Source of the DNA: Rikenella microfusus
GTDB lineage: Bacteria > Bacteroidota > Bacteroidia > Bacteroidales > SZUA-534
Length of the DNA: 37,200 nt
Assembly: GCA_020719105.1 (NCBI GenBank)
Contig: DYQV01000001.1
Span: forward strand, 1 to 37,200
Reading direction: 5' to 3'
The notes beneath the pieces were generated by a model. The model saw nothing but the letters and a program-made list of their open reading frames with translations. It ran no database searches and was not told the origin of the DNA. The stretch's first letter is position 1; each line of letters opens with the position of its first letter. Shown in pieces: positions 1 through 7,414 of this stretch. A program made the position numbers and the translations under genes.

Positions 1-75
1 GGGGAATTATTTGAATTTGCAAAGTCTATATTCGAAAATACACTGAAGCAGTTAACCCGCTTTATTCATACCTGA
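1..75 (+). CDS. Possible 3' end of an ORF entering from the left edge (partial, product unknown)
   Basis: Frame +1 is open from base 1 to TGA at 73-75 (GELFEFAKSIFENTLKQLTRFIHT*). Only 24 codons are visible and no motif is recognised. Confidence 0.2.
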   Translation, partial: GELFEFAKSIFENTLKQLTRFIHT

Positions 76-130
76 GCACAGCGAAAGGTGTGAATGTGCG
101 ATGGGTATTGGGTTGCAAAGCGGAAAACCC

Positions 131-193
131 CGATTTAGCTACACCCAAAATTGGGAGTTTTTATTTTCCCAATATTGAGGTGTAGCTTAATCG
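131..193. other. Long imperfect hairpin: 24 Watson-Crick pairs, 2 mismatches, 1 bulge, 10-nt loop
   Basis: Paired by hand from c131:g193 inward to a156:t167. Mismatches are t136/t188 and a149/a174, a178 is bulged, and the loop is 157-166 (gtttttattt). Confidence 0.7.
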
Positions 194-223
194 TCAGGAT
201 TATTAATGAATAATCCGGGTTAA
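174..223. repeat. Left copy of a 50-bp perfect inverted repeat (partner 37151-37200)
   Basis: attgaggtgtagcttaatcgtcaggattattaatgaataatccgggttaa is the exact reverse complement of 37151-37200. It contains a perfect 8-bp hairpin at 197-216 (ggattatt / aataatcc, loop aatg). Confidence 0.95.
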
Positions 224-260
224 TAAATAGCCCAAAATAAATCCCCAAACGATAAACCCA

Positions 261-292
261 AATTAAGCATTAAAAAATGCTTAATTTTTATT
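261..292 (+). terminator. Intrinsic-terminator-like hairpin upstream of the histidine kinase
   Basis: Perfect 11-bp stem aattaagcatt (261-271) / aatgcttaatt (276-286) with loop aaaa, followed by ttttatt. The stem is AT-rich, so strength is uncertain. Confidence 0.45.
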
Positions 293-319
293 AACTGGTC
301 GGAAATCAACGATTAATAT

Positions 320-327
320 TATTTTTG
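320..327 (+). promoter_or_regulatory. Bacteroidota-type -7 promoter box (TAnnTTTG) for the histidine kinase
   Basis: tatttttg is an exact match to TAnnTTTG, 12 nt upstream of the ATG at 340. Confidence 0.5.
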
Positions 328-339
328 TAAAAAAAGTCG

Positions 340-1290
340 ATGTTACGATTAGTAGCCCTCTTAATATCCATAACCTTTCAGTTAATAGCTGCTATTTTTG
401 CTTTACGGTTGATGAGGGTAACAAAATACAGGGCTTCGTGGGTTTTAATCTCCTTGGGGTTCTTGCTTTTAGCCATCCGTTATACCATTAAGCTTATTCA
501 GTTTTTGCAGGACGATTTTTCGTTTTACCTGACCATGGCCGACGACTGGTTGGGAATTTTTATCTCCTTTTTATTCACCGCCGGGGTATTTTTAATTGGT
601 GAAATATTTTATTCACTAAAAAGATCCGAAATAGAAAGATCAAGAGCAGAGAATCGAATATTAACCGCCATTATCCATACTGAAGAAAAAGAACGGAAAC
701 GGTTTGCCAAAGACCTACACGATGGACTTGGGCCTCTCTTATCGACGGTGAAAATGTCGGTTTCAGCACTTTCGAATTCCAACATTCAAAACCAAGAGGA
801 AATACTGGAAAATACCAATTTGGTAATTAACGAAGCCATCACTTCTATAAAAGAGATTTCGAACAACCTGAGTCCCCATGTGTTAACAAACTTTGGATTG
901 GTAAGTGCCTTAAAAAACTTTGCCCATAAAATTAACCAGACCAAATCGGTACGGATTGATTTAACAAGCAACATGGAAAACGAACGCTTTGACCATAATG
1001 TAGAAATAATTCTTTACCGTGCAAGCTGCGAGCTTATAAATAATACATTAAAACATGCCTCTGCGGAAAACATCCAGATGAATATTTCAAAACATTTACG
1101 AACGCTCACCATTCAATACCACGATGATGGAATTGGGTTCCAATCTGAAAAAATAATGAATAACCAAACGGATGGAACGGGGTTTTCAAATATACAATCA
1201 AGAATTAAATCGATACATGGAATTTTTATTTTGAACAGCGTACCCAACGAAGGTACCACAGCTTTAATTAAGGTTAAGTTAAACGGATAA
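340..1290 (+). CDS. Sensor histidine kinase, HisKA_3 (NarX/DesK/LiaS-like) with a membrane-only N-terminal sensor
   Basis: The N-terminus has 3-4 hydrophobic segments and no large extracytoplasmic domain. H-box is FAKDLHDGLGPLL, N-box ELINNTLKHA, G-box DDGIGF...GTGFSNIQSR. It is followed 3 nt later by a LuxR-type response regulator. Confidence 0.9.
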   Translation: MLRLVALLISITFQLIAAIFALRLMRVTKYRASWVLISLGFLLLAIRYTIKLIQFLQDDFSFYLTMADDWLGIFISFLFTAGVFLIGEIFYSLKRSEIERSRAENRILTAIIHTEEKERKRFAKDLHDGLGPLLSTVKMSVSALSNSNIQNQEEILENTNLVINEAITSIKEISNNLSPHVLTNFGLVSALKNFAHKINQTKSVRIDLTSNMENERFDHNVEIILYRASCELINNTLKHASAENIQMNISKHLRTLTIQYHDDGIGFQSEKIMNNQTDGTGFSNIQSRIKSIHGIFILNSVPNEGTTALIKVKLNG

Positions 1291-1293
1291 CGG

Positions 1294-1938
1294 ATGAATA
1301 AGATAAAAATTATTTTAGTTGACGACCATGCTCTTTTCCGAAATGGACTCAGAATATTACTAAACACCATTTCCAATATTGATGTTATTGGCGAATCTGC
1401 TAACGGAAAGCAATTTCTGGAGCTTTTGGAAATTGAAATTCCTGACATTGTGCTCATGGATATTAATATGCCTATTATGGATGGAATTGAAGCAACCCAA
1501 CTGGCTACCGATAAATATCCGGACATTAAAATCATTGCCCTATCCATGTTTGGTGAAGAAGATTATTACTATAAAATGATTAATGCAGGAGTTAAAGGTT
1601 TTTTGCTTAAAAATTCCGAAATAAATGAAGTGGTGGAGGCTATTAATCAAGTAATGCTGGGAGGCAGTTTTTTTTCACAAGAACTATTATATAATGTTAT
1701 TAAAAACTTTAACCCACATAAAGAGGCCGAAGTTGAACTAACCAACTTATCGAAACGGGAAGTACAAGTATTGGAGGAAATTTGCAAAGGACTATCGAAT
1801 CAGGAAATTGCCGATTCGCTATTTATTAGTAAACGAACCGTTGATAAGCACCGAGCTAATTTGTTAAGCAAAACCAATTCAAAAAATACAGCTAATTTGA
1901 TTATGTTTGCAATAAAAAATAAACTAATCGCCATTTAA
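1294..1938 (+). CDS. Two-component response regulator, NarL/FixJ (LuxR HTH) family
   Basis: Receiver motifs are ILVDDH and VLMDINMPIMDG. The C-terminal LuxR HTH is LSKREVQVLEEICKGLSNQEIADSLFISKRTVDKHRANLL. Confidence 0.92.
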   Translation: MNKIKIILVDDHALFRNGLRILLNTISNIDVIGESANGKQFLELLEIEIPDIVLMDINMPIMDGIEATQLATDKYPDIKIIALSMFGEEDYYYKMINAGVKGFLLKNSEINEVVEAINQVMLGGSFFSQELLYNVIKNFNPHKEAEVELTNLSKREVQVLEEICKGLSNQEIADSLFISKRTVDKHRANLLSKTNSKNTANLIMFAIKNKLIAI

Positions 1939-1955
1939 CCTTATTTTTAGTATTT

Positions 1956-2693
1956 ATGAAGCCATTTACCATAAATGAGATTATTGAAGTTGACTCAACC
2001 AATAACTATTTAAAAACCCTATTGAATACCAATCAATTACCTGAAGGATATGTGATTGTAGCTGATTTCCAAAATAGCGGAAAAGGGTTAGGAGCCAATA
2101 CATGGGAAAGTGAACCCGGAAAAAACCTGACATTTAGTCTTTTGCTTCGACCGGATACTTTGAAAGCTGAAGAAATGTTTTTATTATCAAAAGCAGTATC
2201 ATTGGGGATTATTGATGCACTGAATGAAATAAGGAATTGCTTTACTATTAAATGGCCTAACGATATTTATTACCAAAACAAAAAAGTTGGCGGAATTCTT
2301 ATTGAGAATCAAATTCAAGGCGATTATATAAAATATTCAATGATAGGTATCGGAATAAATATAAATCAAGATGTTTTTACCAGCGAAGCACCAAACCCAA
2401 TTTCGATAAAACAGATACTTTGCCAACCGCTTAACCGCAAGGAAATACTCAAAAACATGCTCAACCAGATTTCCATTTGGTACGACATGCTTTCCGATGA
2501 ATATTTTGATAAAATAAACGAACAATATTTTAACCATCTATTCAGAAATACTGACTATCACGATTTTAAAGCCGGAGACGAACTGTTTCATGCCAAGATT
2601 AAGGAAGTAGCCAACGATGGACAACTCATACTCAAAACCCCTGCTGGTGAAATCCGTAAGTTTTATTTAAAAGAGGTGGAATTTGTTTTTTAG
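1956..2693 (+). CDS. birA: Biotin--[acetyl-CoA-carboxylase] ligase without an N-terminal HTH (group I BirA)
   Basis: Contains GKGLGANTWES (a GRGRxGRxW-like motif) and KWPNDIYYQNKKVGGILIE. At 245 aa it has no DNA-binding domain. Confidence 0.85.
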   Translation: MKPFTINEIIEVDSTNNYLKTLLNTNQLPEGYVIVADFQNSGKGLGANTWESEPGKNLTFSLLLRPDTLKAEEMFLLSKAVSLGIIDALNEIRNCFTIKWPNDIYYQNKKVGGILIENQIQGDYIKYSMIGIGININQDVFTSEAPNPISIKQILCQPLNRKEILKNMLNQISIWYDMLSDEYFDKINEQYFNHLFRNTDYHDFKAGDELFHAKIKEVANDGQLILKTPAGEIRKFYLKEVEFVF

Positions 2694-2821
2694 GTGATGT
2701 GCCTTATTTGCTCATTTTACATTTTACATTTGACTTTTGTGATTTGAAATTTGTATTTTGAAATTTGATATTTTTTCATTTTACCGTCCTTCATTTGTTC
2801 CTGAGTAGTCACGGGTATTTT

Positions 2822-3223
2822 TTAAGTCTCTTTTGTTTCCAGTTTACTTACTAATGTTTCAATAAAATTAGTCAACGGTTTTTGTGCTACTATCTTGAAT
2901 ATAGGGTTTAAGTCGGCTTTTAAGCTAATTTTAACGCTTGTTTCTTTATCGGAAAATGGGGTAAGATAAAACCATAATGTAAAGCTAAAAGGAACACTTT
3001 CCGTATTTGTAATTTTAACTTGATTGCTGGGCAGCCTTTCAACGATACGCATCCCAAATTTACCGATTTTGGCAATATTAAAATGGCAACTATCCGTATC
3101 GGAAATTAAATCAGAAACTTGATCCGGAGGCATAAATTTATCCAAATTCCTGAAATCGGATAATAGGCTAAATGCTTCATGTTGATTGGATGGTATGATG
3201 CCAATTCGGCTTTCAATTTCCAT
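2822..3223 (-). CDS. Small SRPBCC/START-like (polyketide-cyclase/CoxG-like) protein, function unknown
   Basis: 133-aa ORF whose general sequence character resembles SRPBCC family members. No catalytic motif was identified. Confidence 0.5.
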   Translation of the reverse strand: MEIESRIGIIPSNQHEAFSLLSDFRNLDKFMPPDQVSDLISDTDSCHFNIAKIGKFGMRIVERLPSNQVKITNTESVPFSFTLWFYLTPFSDKETSVKISLKADLNPIFKIVAQKPLTNFIETLVSKLETKET

Positions 3224-3252
3224 ATAGTTGTTTTAATGGTTATAAAAAGAGA

Positions 3253-3891
3253 TTAAATCCAATCATCAGGATTATTGCGCCATTTTTTAAGTAAGTGAAT
3301 TTCGGAATCAGTAATATATCCTGTTTCAAAGGCAATTTCAATTAACGTTTGATAATTGCTCAAAGTATTTAGTTCACAATTCGTAGTTGCAAAGCTTTCT
3401 GCTGCTTTTGGAAAACCATAGGAGAAAATAGCAAGCAGTCCTTCAATAATAGCACCGGCTTCACGAAGCGCCTCAACCGCCTTTAAACTGCTACCTCCAG
3501 TTGAAACCAGATCTTCAATTACCACAACCCGTTGTCCCTTTTCAAGATGCCCCTCTACCAGATTTTCTAATCCGTGTTTTTTTGCATCGGAACGAACATA
3601 CACAAAAGGTTTATTGAGTGCCTGAGCCACTAAAACCCCATGAGCAATAGCACCAGTAGCTACACCAGCAATAACATCAACCGCAGGGTATTTCTCTTGA
3701 ATTGTTTTTACAAACGCATCACAGATAAAACTGCGAACACTTGGATAGGACAAGGTTTTTCTGTTGTCGCAATAAATGGGCGATTTCATTCCCGATGCCC
3801 AAATAAAAGGTGTTGATGGCTTCAATTTTATTGCTTTAATTTGCAACAATTGTTTTGCCACTTGTTTTGCTAATTCATTTGAATGTATCAT
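3253..3891 (-). CDS. pyrE: Orotate phosphoribosyltransferase
   Basis: Contains FIWASGMKSPIYCDNR and the PRPP-binding loop VVVIEDLVSTGGSS. Start is set at ATG 3891 (MIHSNELAKQ...), because the track start at 3927 is a TTG extension. A -7 box lies 4 nt upstream. Confidence 0.92.
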   Translation of the reverse strand: MIHSNELAKQVAKQLLQIKAIKLKPSTPFIWASGMKSPIYCDNRKTLSYPSVRSFICDAFVKTIQEKYPAVDVIAGVATGAIAHGVLVAQALNKPFVYVRSDAKKHGLENLVEGHLEKGQRVVVIEDLVSTGGSSLKAVEALREAGAIIEGLLAIFSYGFPKAAESFATTNCELNTLSNYQTLIEIAFETGYITDSEIHLLKKWRNNPDDWI

Positions 3892-4534
3892 GCCACAAAA
3901 ATATAAAGTTTTTTTCAACCACAACAAGGTTTATTTAGTTAAAAGAAATCAATCTAAATTCTTCCACAATTCTTTGTTTATTAACTTAAAAGCATCAGAT
4001 ATAATACAACTTACCAATGAATTATTAACCAATAATGAAAAAAAAATCATTGCCTTTGAATGTGATGATTTAGAAGGTAGCTGGAAGATTTTTAAAAATC
4101 AATTCACCGTTCGTAAAGCAGCCGGCGGATTGGTTTTAAATCAAAAAAATGAATTACTCTTGATAAAGCGAAAAGGTTTGTGGGATTTGCCTAAAGGACA
4201 TATTGAAGAGGGAGAGAAAAAAAAGCAGGCAGCTTTGCGTGAAGTAACTGAAGAATGTGGAATTCATGGCCAAACTATTGCATCTAAAATAGAGACAACC
4301 TATCATGTGTATAGTCTGAATAATTTAACGGTACTTAAACCATCGGTTTGGTATTTAATGAATTACATGGGCAACGAAAAAACGGAACCACAGATAAAGG
4401 AAGGAATTACCGAGGCAGTTTGGATTCCTATAAAAGATATATCTAAATATATACCAGATTCGTACCCTTCCGTAGCAAGTTTGTTAGAAAAATTTATCGG
4501 TTCTGATTTCTCTTTTTCAACTGCAACAATTTAA
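3890..4534 (+). CDS. Nudix hydrolase with an ~80-aa N-terminal extension domain
   Basis: Nudix box GHIEEGEKKKQAALREVTEECGI. The first ATG not inside pyrE is at 3890 (MPQKYKVFFNHNKVYL...), and there is no later Met before the Nudix fold. Confidence 0.8.
   Translation: MPQKYKVFFNHNKVYLVKRNQSKFFHNSLFINLKASDIIQLTNELLTNNEKKIIAFECDDLEGSWKIFKNQFTVRKAAGGLVLNQKNELLLIKRKGLWDLPKGHIEEGEKKKQAALREVTEECGIHGQTIASKIETTYHVYSLNNLTVLKPSVWYLMNYMGNEKTEPQIKEGITEAVWIPIKDISKYIPDSYPSVASLLEKFIGSDFSFSTATI
3896..3903 (-). promoter_or_regulatory. -7 promoter box (TAnnTTTG) for pyrE, lying inside the first codons of the divergent Nudix gene
   Basis: The minus strand reads tatttttg and ends 4 nt before the pyrE ATG. Confidence 0.5.
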
Positions 4535-5918
4535 AAAAGTACCATTCAAAATTTTCGCTTGGCGAATTGGCCGGAGACATGACCAATTTACCTTCAGGAT
4601 CAATTAAAGAATAGGAAGGGAATGCTTTTACTTTATATATATCAATAAGTTCCTTTTGGTTTGAATAACTCAACAAGTCCCATTCGTATCCATGGTCATC
4701 AAAATACTTTTGTACCTCTGCAATATTTTCATCAATAGATATACTTACCACGATAAAATCATTTTTATGCTTTTCGTACAATGCTTTTAATAGTTCTAAT
4801 TCTTCACGACAGGTATAACTGACGATAGATATAAAATTCAAATAAACATAATTCGTTAGGTAATCGCTATTCTTTCGCATATTTCCCTTAGAATCAGCAA
4901 GCTGAAAGGCTGGGGCGGGAAAACCGGATTTCCCCTGCAATACTTTATTTTTGATATGGATAGCCATTGTTTTATGATATGGCAATTTCGCACAACATAG
5001 TATTGAATCTAAGGTAATTATCAAGCTTTGAACAGGAAAATCGTTGGAATAAAATGCATCGTGCAACCCTTTAAGCAAAACCATTTCTTTTAAAGTATCA
5101 TTCAACAAAACCATGTTGTTTTCAAAAGTTTGATAAACATAAGTTGGACTTTTAGCATAGGCTATATCAGAAAAAATACGCTGACCCTCACTGGTATTAG
5201 CATAAAAAGAAAGATAGTTAGCAAAAACCTGGTTAAATAAATCCATGTATGCGCTATTTGTATATTGAATGGGTTGATTGTTGAAATACTCCCGTATTAA
5301 ATAGCGGCTGTCGCGCATAATGGTAATATATTTTAGCCATCCATAACTATATTTCCGGTAATTATAGAAGTAAGCATTATCAACTGAAGCGAAAGACTGT
5401 TCCAAAGTTTCAATTACTGAATCGATGTTCGCCTTTAAAGGATTCTTCACAATATAATAATAGCTTTCATCCAGATAGTTATGATACCTTTCATTGAAAT
5501 TGGCTAACTGAAAATTTAAATCGAGTGTATCGGCATTTTTTATACCTAGGTATATTTCAACGGGTTTAAAAAAAGGATTCAATAAATCAACCTGCGATTT
5601 TGGCTGAAAGTCGGGCAATACTACTTCATAACATTTTCCCGGTTCCAGATATATTACTGCTTGAAAAATACCTAAAGGCACTGAGGCTAGTACTGTTTGT
5701 TCTAATTGAATTTGAAACTCAAAGTGACCTTGTTTGTCAACTATTGCAGAATCTAAGACTGTCAGATTATTGGTAATTAAGTCGGATAAAGAAAATATTT
5801 TAACAGATTGATCAATATATGTTTTATTTACACCTGATATTTTAGTAGGTGCCTTTTGAGCAAACACCACACTAAAAAATGAAAAAATAAAGCAAATAGA
5901 AAAAAAGAGTCGAATCAT
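4494..5918 (-). CDS. Secreted TlpA/thioredoxin-like redoxin with a large N-terminal domain; the active site is SYTC instead of CxxC
   Basis: Signal peptide MIRLFFSICFIFSFFSVVFAQ. The C-terminal thioredoxin-fold segment is YVYLNFISIVSYTCREELELLKALYEKHKNDFIVVSISID...AFPSYSLIDPEGK. Confidence 0.75.
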   Translation of the reverse strand: MIRLFFSICFIFSFFSVVFAQKAPTKISGVNKTYIDQSVKIFSLSDLITNNLTVLDSAIVDKQGHFEFQIQLEQTVLASVPLGIFQAVIYLEPGKCYEVVLPDFQPKSQVDLLNPFFKPVEIYLGIKNADTLDLNFQLANFNERYHNYLDESYYYIVKNPLKANIDSVIETLEQSFASVDNAYFYNYRKYSYGWLKYITIMRDSRYLIREYFNNQPIQYTNSAYMDLFNQVFANYLSFYANTSEGQRIFSDIAYAKSPTYVYQTFENNMVLLNDTLKEMVLLKGLHDAFYSNDFPVQSLIITLDSILCCAKLPYHKTMAIHIKNKVLQGKSGFPAPAFQLADSKGNMRKNSDYLTNYVYLNFISIVSYTCREELELLKALYEKHKNDFIVVSISIDENIAEVQKYFDDHGYEWDLLSYSNQKELIDIYKVKAFPSYSLIDPEGKLVMSPANSPSENFEWYFFKLLQLKKRNQNR

Positions 5919-6412
5919 AATTTTTCCGTTTTGTCTTTCCTCTTTTCAAGTATGGAATAAATATTGGCTGATTCCGGCAGGAATTGACTTACATCGCCAC
6001 CAAACCTTAAAATATCGCGAACAATGGTACTATTTATCGGAGTAAGTTCGGGAGTGGTTAACAAAAAGAATGATTCAACTTCGGGTAACATTAACTTATT
6101 CATTTGTGCTACCCCTCTTTCGTATTCAAAATCGGCTGCTGTGCGAATACCCCTTAACATAAAGCTGGCATTTACCTCTTTGCAATAATCAACCGTTAAC
6201 CCTTGATAAGAATCAACCATAACTCTTGGCTCGTTTCTGAACACATTGTTTATAAGCTCTAACCGCTCTTCTAAATTTAGGAACTCCATTTTAGTTGAAT
6301 TATGGCCAATAGCTATTATTATTTTATCGAACAAAGGCAATGCCCTTACTACCACTGATTCGTGCCCTTTTGTAAATGGATCGAATGATCCGGCAAAAAC
6401 TGCAATTTTCAT
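5915..6412 (-). CDS. coaD: Phosphopantetheine adenylyltransferase
   Basis: Contains KIAVFAGSFDPFTKGHESVV (T/HxGH motif). Start is set at ATG 6412, because the track start at 6418 is GTG. Its stop overlaps the downstream start as ATGA. Confidence 0.92.
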   Translation of the reverse strand: MKIAVFAGSFDPFTKGHESVVVRALPLFDKIIIAIGHNSTKMEFLNLEERLELINNVFRNEPRVMVDSYQGLTVDYCKEVNASFMLRGIRTAADFEYERGVAQMNKLMLPEVESFFLLTTPELTPINSTIVRDILRFGGDVSQFLPESANIYSILEKRKDKTEKL

Positions 6413-6442
6413 ATCCACTATTTATAAACATTTTGCAATACG

Positions 6443-6450
6443 CAAAGGTA
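6443..6450 (-). promoter_or_regulatory. -7 promoter box (TAnnTTTG) for coaD
   Basis: The minus strand reads tacctttg, 30 nt upstream of the coaD ATG. Confidence 0.45.
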
Positions 6451-6508
6451 AAATAATTATTGTGCAAAAAGATGGAAGACGGAATACAGAGATTAGAGTT
6501 TAGAAATT

Positions 6509-6563
6509 AGAAACAAGCAACCAGAAACCAGTAGCTACTAACCAGAAACAAGCAACCAGAAAC
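6509..6563. repeat. Direct repeat - palindrome - direct repeat module
   Basis: The 20-mer agaaacaagcaaccagaaac occurs at 6509-6528 and 6544-6563 and flanks the perfect 10-bp palindrome agtagctact (6530-6539). The core aaccagaaac occurs three times. Confidence 0.85.
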
Positions 6564-6622
6564 TGAAAAAATCTATAAATCTCAATGTCTCACATCACAT
6601 ATCTCAAAATCTCAAATCTATT

Positions 6623-7264
6623 CTACAGAACCACCCAATTAAGTCCATTGTTAAATTCTCCATTAAGGATGGCTTCAGTTAACATGTGATAATCAGCAAC
6701 ATTATTGACAAAATCTATCGCCGAGGTATCAATTGCTACGATAGGAAAACGGCTTTCGGATTTAAAAAAACTGAAATAGCTTTTCTGGATTTGCGTTAAA
6801 TATTCCATTGTTATAGATTTTTCATAGGCCCTACCCCGTTGAGCAATATTTTGAAGCAATCGTTCGGGTTTTGAATGCAAATAAACATAAAGATCAGGCA
6901 ACGGTAATTGCTGATAAATAATTTGAAACAACTGTCTAAAAAGGTTAAACTCATCTTCGCCCAACGTTGATCGGGCAAATACCAATGATTTAACAAAATA
7001 ATAATCGGCAATAGTGAATGTTTTAAATAAATCGATGGAAGAAATCTCATCGTTCAACTGCTTGTAACGGGCTGCCAAAAACGACAATTCCAATGAGAAA
7101 CTGTATCGTTCGGGATTGCTATAAAATTTAGGCAAAAAAGGGTTGTCGTGAAACTGTTCCAGGATAATTTTTCCGTTATACTGTTCAGACATTTTAGTGG
7201 CCAGGGAGGTTTTACCCGCCCCAATATTGCCCTCAATAATGATGTATTTATTGATTAGTTCCAT
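6623..7264 (-). CDS. Deoxynucleoside kinase (dAK/dGK family)
   Basis: P-loop IIIEGNIGAGKTSL, and overall similarity to deoxyadenosine/deoxyguanosine kinases (PERYSFSLELSFL). Start is set at ATG 7264, because the track start is GTG at 7270. Confidence 0.85.
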   Translation of the reverse strand: MELINKYIIIEGNIGAGKTSLATKMSEQYNGKIILEQFHDNPFLPKFYSNPERYSFSLELSFLAARYKQLNDEISSIDLFKTFTIADYYFVKSLVFARSTLGEDEFNLFRQLFQIIYQQLPLPDLYVYLHSKPERLLQNIAQRGRAYEKSITMEYLTQIQKSYFSFFKSESRFPIVAIDTSAIDFVNNVADYHMLTEAILNGEFNNGLNWVVL

Positions 7265-7303
7265 AACCACAAAGTAACTAAGATTTCAATTGTTGACGAT
7301 AGG

Positions 7304-7336
7304 ATTTTAAAATAAAAAACCGGGAAAATTACTCCC
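7304..7336 (-). terminator. Rho-independent terminator after the prolyl oligopeptidase gene (symmetric A/T tracts, potentially bidirectional)
   Basis: Stem accggg (7309-7314) / cccggt (7325-7330) with a 10-nt loop. It is flanked by an A-run and a T-run. Confidence 0.7.
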
Positions 7337-7414
7337 CGGTTTTTTATTATAAATCAAGTTAATGGCTCACTAATATGACTTCATTCAGAATTTCCTGGAA
7401 TTAAATTGCTTAAT

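Noticed and set aside
73-130. Group II intron domain V or a TPP-type riboswitch fragment (gagcacagcgaaaggtgtg with a GAAA loop; acctga)
   Set aside because: The hairpin is only 4+1 bp with a G/G mismatch and does not reproduce the 34-nt domain V architecture. No CUGAGA/TPP core, reverse-transcriptase ORF or other intron domains are seen.
3776-3889. ORF-track N-terminal extension of the Nudix ORF (252 aa from 3776)
   Set aside because: The first 38 codons lie antisense within the well-supported pyrE coding sequence and have no Nudix-family character. The start was moved to ATG 3890.
4038-4224. Homopolymer tracts A9 (4038-4046) and A8 (4217-4224) inside the Nudix gene as phase-variation switches
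   Set aside because: Tracts of this length encoding Lys runs are common in AT-rich genomes. Nothing else suggests contingency-locus behaviour, and population data would be needed.
6509-6563. Mini CRISPR array
   Set aside because: There are only two copies of a 20-mer separated by 15 nt, no cas genes, and repeat and spacer sizes are wrong for CRISPR.
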